A stretch of DNA of 64,000 nucleotides from the human T2T-CHM13v2.0 reference genome, Homo sapiens. The DNA lies in the NCBI RefSeq assembly GCF_009914755.1, contig NC_060931.1, one strand, 5' to 3'. Made by a program: the position numbers and the translations under genes. Under the pieces are notes generated by a model. That model saw nothing but the letters and a program-made list of their open reading frames with translations, did no database searches and had not been told where the DNA came from. Shown here piece by piece: positions 40,601 through 52,900 of the stretch; the first letter of the stretch is position 1; each line of letters starts with the position of its first letter.

Positions 40601-43600
40601 AACAGTAGAAAAGGAAATATCTTCAAATAAAAACTAGACAGAATCATTCTCAGAAACTACTTTGTGATGTGTGCCTTCAACTCACAGAGTTTAACCTTTC
40701 TTTTCTTAGAGCAGTTTAGAAACACTCTGCTTGTTATGTCTGCAAGTGGATATTTGGACCTCTTTGAGGCCTTCGTTGCAAACGGGGTTTCTTCCTTTCA
40801 TGCTAGACTAAGAAGAGTTCTCAGTAACTTTTTTGTGTTGTGTGTATTCAACTCACAGAGTTGAACCTTGCTTTAGAGAGAGCAGATTTGAAACACTCTT
40901 GCTGTGGCATTTTCAGGTGGAGATTTCAAGCGATTTGAGGACAATTGCAGAAAAGGAAATATCTTCGTATAATAACCAGACAGAATCATTCTCAGAAAGT
41001 GCTTTGTGATGTGTGCGTTCAACTCACAGAGTTTAACCTTTCTTTTCATAGAGGAGTTTGGAAACACACTGTTTGTAAAGTCTGCAATTGGATATATGGA
41101 CCTGTTTGAGGCCTCCTTTGGAAACGGGATTTCTTCATTGAATGCTAGACGGAAGAATTCTCAGTAAATTCTTTGTGTTGTGTGCATTCAACTCAGAGAG
41201 TGGAACGTCCCTTTAGACAGAGCAGATTTGAAACACTCTTTTTGCGGAATTTGCAAGTGGAGATTTCTAGCCATTTGATGCCAACAGTAGAAAGGGAAAT
41301 ATCTTCAAATAAAAACCAGACAGAATCATTCTCAGAAAATTCTTTGTGATGTGTGCGTTCAACTCACATAGTTTAACCTTTCTTTTCATAGAGCAGTTTG
41401 GAAACACTCTGTTTGTAAAGTCTGCAAGTGGATATATGGACCGCATTGAGGCCTTCGTTGGAACCGGGATTTCTTCATTTCATGCTAGACAGAAGAATTC
41501 TCAGTAACTTCTTTGTGCTGTGTGTATTCAACTCACAGAGTGGAACGTCCCTTTGCACAGAGCAGATTTGAAACACTCTTTTTGTGGAGTTTGCAAGTGG
41601 AGATTTCAAGCGATTTGATGCCAACAGTAGAAAAGGAAATATCTTCAAATAAAAACTAGACAGAATCATTCTCAGGAACTACTTTGTGATGTGTGCCTTC
41701 AACTCACAGAGTTTAACCTTTCTTTTCTTAGAGCAGTTTAGAAACACTCTGCTTGTTATGTCTTCAAGTGGATATTTGGACCTCTTTGAGGCCTTCGTTG
41801 CAAACGGGGTTTCTTCCTTTAATGCTAGACTAAGAAGAGTTCTCAGTAACTTTTTTGTGTTGTGTGTATTCAACTCACAGAGTTGAACCTTGCTTTAGAG
41901 AGAGCAGATTTGAAACACTCTTGCTGTGGAATTTTCAGGTGGAGATTTCAAGCGATTTGAGGACAATTGCAGAAACGGAAATATCTTCGTATAATAACCA
42001 GACAGAATCATTCTCAGAAAGTGCTTTGTGATGTGTGCGTTCAACTCACAGAGTTTAACCTTTCTTTTCATAGAGGAGCTTGGAAACACACTGTTTGTAA
42101 AGTCTGCAATTGGATATATGGACCTGTTTGAGGCCTCCGTTGGAAACGGGATTTCTTCATTGAATGCTAGACGGAAGAATTCTCAGTAAATTCTTTGTGT
42201 TGTGTGCATTGAACTCACAGAGTGGAACGTCCCTTTAGACAGAGCAGATTTGAAACACTCTTTTTGCGGAATTTGCAAGTGGAGATTTCTAGCCATTTGA
42301 TGCCAACAGTAGAAAGGGAAATATCTTCAAATAAAAACCAGACAGAATCATTCTCAGAAAATTCTTTGTGATGTGTGCGTTCAACTCACATAGTTTAACC
42401 TTTCTTTTCATAGAGCAGTTTGGAAACACTCTGTTTGTAGAGTCTGCAAGTGGATATATGGACCGCATTGAGGCCTTCGTTGGAAACGGGATTTCTTCAT
42501 TTCATGCTAGACAGAAGAATTCTCAGTAACTTCTTTGTGCTGTGTGTATTCAACTCACAGAGTGGAACGTCCCTTTGCACAGAGCAGATTTGAAACACTC
42601 TTTTTGTGGAGTTTGCAAGTGGAGATTTCAAGCGATTTGATGCCAACAGTAGAAAATGAAATATCTTCAAATAAAAACTAGACAGAATCATTCTCAGAAA
42701 CTACTTTGTGATGTGTGCCTTCAACTCACAGAGTTTAACCTTTCTTTTCTTAGAGCAGTTTAGAAACACTCTGCTTGTTATGTCTGCAAGTGGATATTTG
42801 GACCTCTTTGAGGCCTTCGTTGCAAACGGGGTTTCTTCCTTTAATGCTAGACTAAGAAGAGTTCTCAGTAACTTTTTTGTGTTGTGTGTATTCAACTCAC
42901 AGAGTTGAACCTTGCTTTAGAGAGAGCAGATTTGAAACACTCTTGCTGTGGCATTTTCAGGTGGAGATTTCAAGCGATTTGAGGACAATTGCAGAAAAGG
43001 AAATATCTTCGTATAATAACCAGACAGAATCATTCTCAGAAAGTGCTTTGTGATGTGTGCGTTCAACTCACAGAGTTTAACCTTTCTTTTCATAGAGGAG
43101 TTTGGAAACACACTGTTTGTAAAGTCTGCAATTGGATATATGGACCTGTTTGAGGCCTTCGTTGGAAACGGGATTTCTTCATTGAATGCTAGACGGAAGA
43201 ATTCTCAGTAAATTCTTTGTGTTGTGTGCATTCAACTCACAGAGTGGAACGTCCCTTTAGACAGAGCAGATTTGAAACACTCTTTTTGCGGAATTTGCAA
43301 GTGGAGATTTCTAGCCATTTGATGCCAACAGTAGAAAGGGAAATATCTTCAAATAAAAACCAGACAGAATCATTCTCAGAAAATTCTTTGTGATGTGTGC
43401 GTTCAACTCACATAGTTTAACCTTTCTTTTCATAGAGCAGTTTGGAAACACTCTGTTTGTAAAGTCTGCAAGTGGATATATGGACCTGTTTGAGGCCTTC
43501 GTTGGAAACGGGATTTCTTCATTTCATGCTAGACAGAAGAATTCTCAGTAACTTCTTTGTGCTGTGTGTATTCAACTCACAGAGTGGAACGTCCCTTTGC

Positions 43601-43965
43601 ACAGAGCAGATTTGAAACACTCTTTTTGTGGAGTTTGCAAGTGGAGATTTCAAGCGATTTGATGCCAACAGTAGAAAAGGAAATATCTTCAAATAAAAAC
43701 TAGACAGAATCATTCTCAGAAACTACTTTGTGATGTGTGCCTTCAACTCACAGAGTTTAACCTTTCTTTTCTTAGAGCAGTTTAGAAACACTCTGCTTGT
43801 TATGTCTGCAAGTGGATATTTGGACCTCTTTGAGGCCTTCGTTGCAAACGGGGTTTCTTCCTTTAATGCTAGACTAAGAAGAGTTCTCAGTAACTTTTTT
43901 GTGTTGTGTGTATTCAACTCACAGAGTTGAACCTTGCTTTAGAGAGAGCAGATTTGAAACACTCT
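31602..43965 (+). repeat. Tandem 6-HOR (6132 bp) duplication, near-identical copies
   Basis: GACTCATTC (~32807/38939), CTCCTTTGG box (34981/41113), GGAACCGGG box (35321/41453), AAAATGAAAT (~36521/42653) and the hybrid GACCTGTTTG (37351/~43483) recur at 6132 bp. Flanking mismatches are at 31601/37733 and 37834/43966. Confidence 0.92.
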
Positions 43966-46900
43966 CGCTGTGGAATTTTCAGGTGGAGATTTCAAGCGAT
44001 TTGAGGACAATTGCAGAAAAGGAAATATCTTCGTATAATAACCAGACAGAATCATTCTCAGAAAGTGCTTTGTGATGTGTGCGTTCAACTCACAGAGTTT
44101 AACCTTTCTTTTCATAGAGGAGCTTGGAAACACACTGTTTGTAAAGTCTGCAATTGGATATATGGACCTGTTTGAGGCCTCCGTTGGAAACGGGATTTCT
44201 TCATTGAATGCTAGACGGAAGAATTCTCAGTAAATTCTTTGTGTTGTGTGCATTGAACTCAGAGAGTGGAACGTCCCTTTAGACAGAGCAGATTTGAAAC
44301 ACTCTTTTTGCGGAATTTGCAAGTGGAGATTTCTAGCCATTTGATGTCAACAGTAGAAAGGGAAATATCTTCAAATAAAAACCAGACAGAATCATTCTCA
44401 GAAAATTCTTTGTGATGTGTGCGTTCAACTCACATAGTTTAACCTTTCTTTTCATAGAGCAGTTTGGAAACACTCTGTTTGTAAAGTCTGCAAGTGGATA
44501 TATGGACCGCATTGAGGCCTTCGTTGGAAACGGGATTTCTTCATTTCATGCTAGACAGAAGAATTCTCAGTAACTTCTTTGTGCTGTGTGTATTCAACTC
44601 AAAGAGTGGAACGTCCCTTTACACAGAGCAGATTTGAAACACTCTTTTTGTGGAGTTTGCAAGTGGAGATTTCAAGCGATTTGATGCCAACAGTATAAAA
44701 GGAAATATCTTCAAATAAAAACTAGACAGAATCATTCTCAGAAACTACTTTGTGATGTGTGCCTTTAACTCACAGAGTTTAACCTTTCTTTTCTTAGAGC
44801 AGTTTAGAAACACTCTGCTTGTTATGTCTGCAAGTGGATATTTGGACCTCTTTGAGGCCTTCGTTGCAAACGGGGTTTCTTCCTTTCATGCTAGACTAAG
44901 AAGAGTTCTCAGTAACTTTTTTGTGTTGTGTGTATTCAACTCACAGAGTTGAACCTTGCTTTAGAGAGAGCAGATTTGAAACACTCTTGCTGTGGCATTT
45001 TCAGGTGGAGATTTCAAGCGATTTGAGGACAATTGCAGAAAAGGAAATATCTTCGTATAATAACCAGACAGAATCATTCTCAGAAAGTGCTTTGTGATGT
45101 GTGCGTTCAACTCACAGAGTTTAACCTTTCTTTTCATAGAGGAGTTTGGAAACACACTGTTTGTAAAGTCTGCAATTGGATATATGGACCTGTTTGAGGC
45201 CTCCGTTGGAAACGGGATTTCTTCATTGAATGCTAGACGGAAGAATTCTCAGTAAATTCTTTGTGTTGTGTGCATTCAACTCAGAGAGTGGAACGTCCCT
45301 TTAGACAGAGCAGATTTGAAACACTCTTTTTGCGGAATTTGCAAGTGGAGATTTCTAGCCATTTGATGCCAACAGTAGAAAGGGAAATATCTTCAAATAA
45401 AAACCAGACAGAATCATTCTCAGAAAATTCTTTGTGATGTGTGCGTTCAACTCACATAGTTTAACCTTTCTTTTCATAGAGCAGTTTGGAAACACTCTGT
45501 TTGTAAAGTCTGCAAGTGGATATATGGACCGCATTGAGGCCTTCGTTGGAAACGGGATTTCTTCATTTCATGCTAGACAGAAGAATTCTCAGTAACTTCT
45601 TTGTGCTGTGTGTATTCAACTCACAGAGTGGAACGTCCCTTTGCACAGAGCAGATTTGAAACACTCTTTTTGTGGAGTTTGCAAGTGGAGATTTCAAGCG
45701 ATTTGATGCCAACAGTAGAAAAGGAAATATCTTCAAATAAAAACTAGACAGAATCATTCTCAGGAACTACTTTGTGATGTGTGCCTTCAACTCACAGAGT
45801 TTAACCTTTCTTTTCTTAGAGCAGTTTAGAAACACTCTGCTTGTTATGTCTGCAAGTGGATATTTGGACCTCTTTGAGGCCTTCGTTGCAAACGGGGTTT
45901 CTTCCTTTAATGCTAGACTAAGAAGAGTTCTCAGTAACTTTTTTGTGTTGTGTGTATTCAACTCACAGAGTTGAACCTTGCTTTAGAGAGAGCAGATTTG
46001 AAACACTCTTGCTGTGGAATTTTCAGGTGGAGATTTCAAGCGATTTGAGGACAATTGCAGAAAAGGAAATATCTTCGTATAATAACCAGACAGAATCATT
46101 CTCAGAAAGTGCTTTGTGATGTGTGCGTTCAACTCACAGAGTTTAACCTTTCGTTTCATAGAGGAGCTTGGAAACACACTGTTTGTAAAGTCTGCAATTG
46201 GATATATGGACCTGTTTGAGGCCTCCGTTGGAAACGGGATTTCTTCATTGAATGCTAGACGGAAGAATTCTCAGTAAATTCTTTGTGTTGTGTGCATTGA
46301 ACTCACAGAGTGGAACGTCCCTTTAGACAGAGCAGATTTGAAACACTCTTTTTGCGGAATTTGCAAGTGGAGATTTCTAGCCATTTGATGCCAACAGTAG
46401 AAAGGGAAATATCTTCAAATAAAAACCAGACAGAATCATTCTCAGAAAATTCTTTGTGATGTGTGCGTTCAACTCACATAGTTTAACCTTTCTTTTCATA
46501 GAGCAGTTTGGAAACACTCTGTTTGTAAAGTCTGCAAGTGGATATATGGACCGCATTGAGGCCTTCGTTGGAAACGGGATTTCTTCATTTCATGCTAGAC
46601 AGAAGAATTCTCAGTAACTTCTTTGTGCTGTGTGTATTCAACTCACAGAGTGGAACGTCCCTTTGCACAGAGCAGATTTGAAACACTCTTTTTGTGGAGT
46701 TTGCAAGTGGAGATTTCAAGCGATTTGATGCCAACAGTAGAAAAGGAAATATCTTCAAATAAAAACTAGACAGAATCATTCTCAGAAACTACTTTGTGAT
46801 GTGTGCCTTCAACTCACAGAGTTTAACCTTTCTTTTCTTAGAGCAGTTTAGAAACACTCTGCTTGTTATGTCTGCAAGTGGATATTTGGACCTCTTTGAG

Positions 46901-49900
46901 GCCTTCGTTGCAAACGGGGTTTCTTCCTTTAATGCTAGACTAAGAAGAGTTCTCAGTAACTTTTTTGTGTTGTGTGTATTCAACTCACAGAGTTGAACCT
47001 TGCTTTAGAGAGAGCAGATTTGAAACACTCTTGCTGTGGCATTTTCAGGTGGAGATTTCAAGCGATTTGAGGACAATTGCAGAAAAGGAAATATCTTCGT
47101 ATAATAACCAGACAGAATCATTCTCAGAAAGTGCTTTGTGATGTGTGCGTTCAACTCACAGAGTTTAACCTTTCTTTTCATAGAGGAGTTTGGAAACACA
47201 CTGTTTTTAAAGTCTGCAATTGGATATATGGACCTGTTTGAGGCCTTCGTTGGAAACGGGATTTCTTCATTGAATGCTAGACGGAAGAATTCTCAGTAAA
47301 TTCTTTGTGTTGTGTGCATTCAACTCACAGAGTGGAACGTCCCTTTAGACAGAGCAGATTTGAAACACTCTTTTTGCGGAATTTGCAAGTGGAGATTTCT
47401 AGCCATTTGATGCCAACAGTAGAAAGGGAAATATCTTCAAATAAAAACCAGACAGAATCATTCTCAGAAAATTCTTTGTGATGTGTGCGTTCAACTCACA
47501 TAGTTTAACCTTTCTTTTCATAGAGCAGTTTGGAAACACTCTGTTTGTAAAGTCTGCAAGTGGATATATGGACCGCATTGAGGCCTTCGTTGGAAACGGG
47601 ATTTCTTCATTTCATGCTAGACAGAAGAATTCTCAGTAACTTCTTTGTGCTGTGTGTATTCAACTCACAGAGTGGAACGTCCCTTTGCACAGAGCAGATT
47701 TGAAACACTCTTTTTGTGGAGTTTGCAAGTGGAGATTTCAAGCGATTTGATGCCAACAGTAGAAAAGGAAATATCTTCAAATAAAAACTAGACAGAATCA
47801 TTCTCAGAAACTACTTTGTGATGTGTGCCTTCAACTCACAGAGTTTAACCTTTCTTTTCTTAGAGCAGTTTAGAAACACTCTGCTTGTTATGTCTGCAAG
47901 TGGATATTTGGACCTCTTTGAGGCCTTCGTTGCAAACGGGGTTTCTTCCTTTCATGCTAGACTAAGAAGAGTTCTCAGTAACTTTTTTGTGTTGTGTGTA
48001 TTCAACTCACAGAGTTGAACCTTGCTTTAGAGAGAGCAGATTTGAAACACTCTTGCTGTGGCATTTTCAGGTGGAGATTTCAAGCGATTTGAGGACAATT
48101 GCAGAAAAGGAAATATCTTCGTATAATAACCAGACAGAATCATTCTCAGAAAGTGCTTTGTGATGTGTGCGTTCAACTCACAGAGTTTAACCTTTCTTTT
48201 CATAGAGGAGTTTGGAAACACACTGTTTGTAAAGTCTGCAATTGGATATATGGACCTGTTTGAGGCCTTCGTTGGAAACGGGATTTCTTCATTGAATGCT
48301 AGACGGAAGAATTCTCAGTAAATTCTTTGTGTTGTGTGCATTCAACTCACAGAGTGGAACGTCCCTTTAGACAGAGCAGATTTGAAACACTCTTTTTGCG
48401 GAATTTGCAAGTGGAGATTTCTAGCCATTTGATGCCAACAGTAGAAAGGGAAATATCTTCAAATAAAAACCAGACAGAATCATTCTCAGAAAATTCTTTG
48501 TGATGTGTGCGTTCAACTCACATAGTTTAACCTTTCTTTTCATAGAGCAGTTTGGAAACACTCTGTTTGTAAAGTCTGCAAGTGGATATATGGACCGCAT
48601 TGAGGCCTTCGTTGGAAACGGGATTTCTTCATTTCATGCTAGACAGAAGAATTCTCAGTAACTTCTTTGTGCTGTGTGTATTCAACTCACAGAGTGGAAC
48701 GTCCCTTTACACAGAGCAGATTTGAAACACTCTTTTTGTGGAGTTTGCAAGTGGAGATTTCAAGCGATTTGATGACAACAGTAGAAAATGAAATATCTTC
48801 AAATAAAAACTAGACAGAATCATTCTCAGAAACTACTTTGTGATGTGTGCCTTCAACTCACAGAGTTTAACCTTTCTTTTCTTAGAGCAGTTTAGAAACA
48901 CTCTGCTTGTTATGTCTGCAAGTGGATATTTGGACCTCTTTGAGGCCTTCGTTGCAAACGGGGTTTCTTCCTTTAATGCTAGACTAAGAAGAGTTCTCAG
49001 TAACTTTTTTGTGTTGTGTGTATTCAACTCACAGAGTTGAACCTTGCTTTAGAGAGAGCAGATTTGAAACACTCTCGCTGTGGAATTTTCAGGTGGAGAT
49101 TTCAAGCGATTTGAGGACAATTGCAGAAAAGGAAATATCTTCGTATAATAACCAGACAGAATCATTCTCAGAAAGTGCTTTGTGATGTGTGCGTTCAACT
49201 CACAGAGTTTAACCATTCTTTTCATAGAGGAGCTTGGAAACACACTGTTTGTAAAGTCTGCAATTGGATATATGGACCTGTTTGAGGCCTCCGTTGGAAA
49301 CGGGATTTCTTCATTGAATGCTAGACGGAAGAATTCTCAGTAAATTCTTTGTGTTGTGTGCATTGAACTCAGAGAGTGGAACGTCCCTTTAGACAGAGCA
49401 GATTTGAAACACTCTTTTTGCGGAATTTGCAAGTGGAGATTTCTAGCCATTTGATGTCAACAGTAGAAAGGGAAATATCTTCAAATAAAAACCAGACAGA
49501 ATCATTCTCAGAAAATTCTTTGTGATGTGTGCGTTCAACTCACATAGTTTAACCTTTCTTTTCATAGAGCAGTTTGGAAACACTCTGTTTGTAAAGTCTG
49601 CAAGTGGATATATGGACCGCATTGAGGCCTTCGTTGGAAACGGGATTTCTTCATTTCATGCTAGACAGAAGAATTCTCAGTAACTTCTTTGTGCTGTGTG
49701 TATTCAACTCACAGAGTGGAACGTCCCTTTGCACAGAGCAGATTTGAAACACTCTTTTTGTGGAGTTTGCAAGTGGAGATTTCAAGCGATTTGATGCCAA
49801 CAGTAGAAAAGGAAATATCTTCAAATAAAAACTAGACAGAATCATTCTCAGAAACTACTTTGTGATGTGTGCCTTCAACTCACAGAGTTTAACCTTTCTT

Positions 49901-52900
49901 TTCTTAGAGCAGTTTAGAAACACTCTGCTTGTTATGTCTGCAAGTGGATATTTGGACCTCTTTGAGGCCTTCGTTGCAAACGGGGTTTCTTCCTTTCATG
50001 CTAGACTAAGAAGAGTTCTCAGTAACTTTTTTGTGTTGTGTGTATTCAACTCACAGAGTTGAACCTTGCTTTAGAGAGAGCAGATTTGAAACACTCTCGC
50101 TGTGGCATTTTCAGGTGGAGATTTCAAGCGATTTGAGGACAATTGCAGAAAAGGAAATATCTTCGTATAATAACCAGACAGAATCATTCTCAGAAAGTGC
50201 TTTGTGATGTGTGCGTTCAACTCACAGAGTTTAACCTTTCTTTTCATAGAGGAGTTTGGAAACACACTGTTTGTAAAGACTGCAAGTGGATATATGGACC
50301 TGTTTGAGGCCTTCGTTGGAAACGGGATTTCTTCATTGAATGCTAGACGGAAGAATTCTCAGTAAATTCTTTGTGTTGTGTGCATTCAACTCACAGAGTG
50401 GAACGTCCCTTTAGACAGAGCAGATTTGAAACACTCTTTTTGCGGAATTTGCAAGTGGAGATTTCTAGCCATTTGATGCCAACAGTAGAAAGGGAAATAT
50501 CTTCAAATAAAAACCAGACAGAATCATTCTCAGAAAATTCTTTGTGATGTGTGCGTTCAACTCACATAGTTTAACCTTTCTTTTCATAGAGCAGTTTGGA
50601 AACACTCTGTTTGTAAAGTCTGCAAGTGGATATATGGACCGCATTGAGGCTTTCGTTGGAAACGGGATTTCTTCATTTCATGCTAGACAGAAGAATTCTC
50701 AGTAACTTCTTTGTGCTGTGTGTATTCAACTCACAGAGTGCAACGTCCCTTTACACAGAGCAGATTTGAAACACTCTTTTTGTGGAGTTTGCAAGTGGAG
50801 ATTTCAAGCGATTTTATGCCAACAGTAGAAAAGGAAATATCTTCAAATAAAAACTAGACAGAATCATTCTCAGAAACTACTTTGTGATGTGTGCCTTCAA
50901 CTCACAGAGTTTAACCTTTCTTTTCTTAGAGCAGCTTAGAAACACTCTGCTTGTTATGTCTGCAAGTGGATATTTGGACCTCTTTGAGGCCTTCGTTGCA
51001 AACGGGGTTTCTTCCTTTAATGCTAGACTAAGAAGAGTTCTCAGTAACTTTTTTGTGTTGTGTGTATTCAACTCACAGAGTTGAACCTTGCTTTAGAGAG
51101 AGCAGATTTGAAACACTCTCGCTGTGGCATTTTCAGGTGGAGATTTCAAACGATTTGAGGACAATTGCAGAAAAGGAAATATCTTCGTATAATAACCAGA
51201 CAGAATCATTCTCAGAAAGTGCTTTGTGATGTGTGCGTTCAACTCACAGAGTTTAACCTTTCTTTTCATAGAGGAGTTTGGAAACACACTGTTTGTAAAG
51301 TCTGCAATTGGATATATGGACCTGTTTGAGGCCTTCGTTGGAAACGGGATTTTATCATATAATGCTAGACGGAAGAATTCTCAGTAAATTCTTTGTGTTG
51401 TGTGCATTCAACTCACAGAGTGGAACGTCCCTTTAGACAGAGCAGATTTGAAACACTCTTTTTGCGGAATTTGCAAGTGGAGATTTCTAGCCATTTGATG
51501 TCAACAGTAGAAAGGGAAATATCTTCAAATAAAAACCAGACAGAATCATTCTCAGAAAATTCTTTGTGATGTGTGCGTTCAACTCACATAGTTTAACCTT
51601 TCTTTTCATAGAGCAGTTTGGAAACACTCTGTTTGTAAAGTCTGCAAGTGGATATATGGACCGCATTGAGGCCTTCGTTGGAAACGGGATTTCTTCATTT
51701 CATGCTAGACAGAAGAATTCTCAGTAACTTCTTTGTGCTGTGTGTATTCAACTCACAGAGTGGAACGTCCCTTTGCACAGAGCAGATTTGAAACACTCTT
51801 TTTGTGGAGTTTGCAAGTGGAGATTTCAAGCGATTTGATGCCAACAGTAGAAAAGGAAGTATCTTCAAATAAAAACTAGACAGAATCATTCTCAGAAACT
51901 ACTTTGTGATGTGTGCCTTCAACTCACAGAGTTTAACCTTTCTTTTCTTAGAGCAGTTTAGAAACACTCTGCTTGTTATGTCTGCAAGTGGATATTTGGA
52001 CCTCTTTGAGGCCTTCGTTGCAAACGGGGTTTCTTCCTTTAATGCTAGACTAAGAAGAGTTCTCAGTAACTTTTTTGTGTTGTGTGTATTCAACTCACAG
52101 AGTTGAACCTTGCTTTAGAGAGAGCAGATTTGAAACACTCTCGCTGTGGCATTTTCAGGTGGAGATTTCAAGCGATTTGAGGACAATTGCAGAAAAGGAA
52201 ATATCTTCGTATAATAACCAGACAGAATCATTCTCAGAAAGTGCTTTGTGATGTGTGCGTTCAACTCACAGAGTTTAACCATTCTTTTCATAGAGGAGCT
52301 TGGAAACACACTGTTTGTAAAGTCTGCAATTGGATATATGGACCTGTTTGAGGCCTCCGTTGGAAACGGGATTTCTTCATTGAATGCTAGACGGAAGAAT
52401 TCTCAGTAAATTCTTTGTGTTGTGTGCATTGAACTCACAGAGTGGAACGTCCCTTTAGACAGAGCAGATTTGAAACACTCTTTTTGCGGAATTTGCAAGT
52501 GGAGATTTCTAGCCATTTGATGTCAACAGTAGAAAGGGAAATATCTTCAAATAAAAACCAGACAGAATCATTCTCAGAAAATTCTTTGTGATGTGTGCGT
52601 TCAACTCACATAGTTTAACCTTTCTTTTCATAGAGCAGTTTGGAAACACTCTGTTTGTAAAGTCTGCAAGTGGATATATGGACCGCATTGAGGCCTTCGT
52701 TGGAAACGGGATTTCTTCATTTCATGCTAGACAGAAGAATTCTCAGTAACTTCTTTGTGCTGTGTGTATTCAACTCACAGAGTGGAACGTCCCTTTGCAC
52801 AGAGCAGATTTGAAACACTCTTTTTGTGGAGTTTGCAAGTGGAGATTTCAAGCGATTTGATGCCAACAGTAGAAAAGGAAATATCTTCAAATAAAAACTA

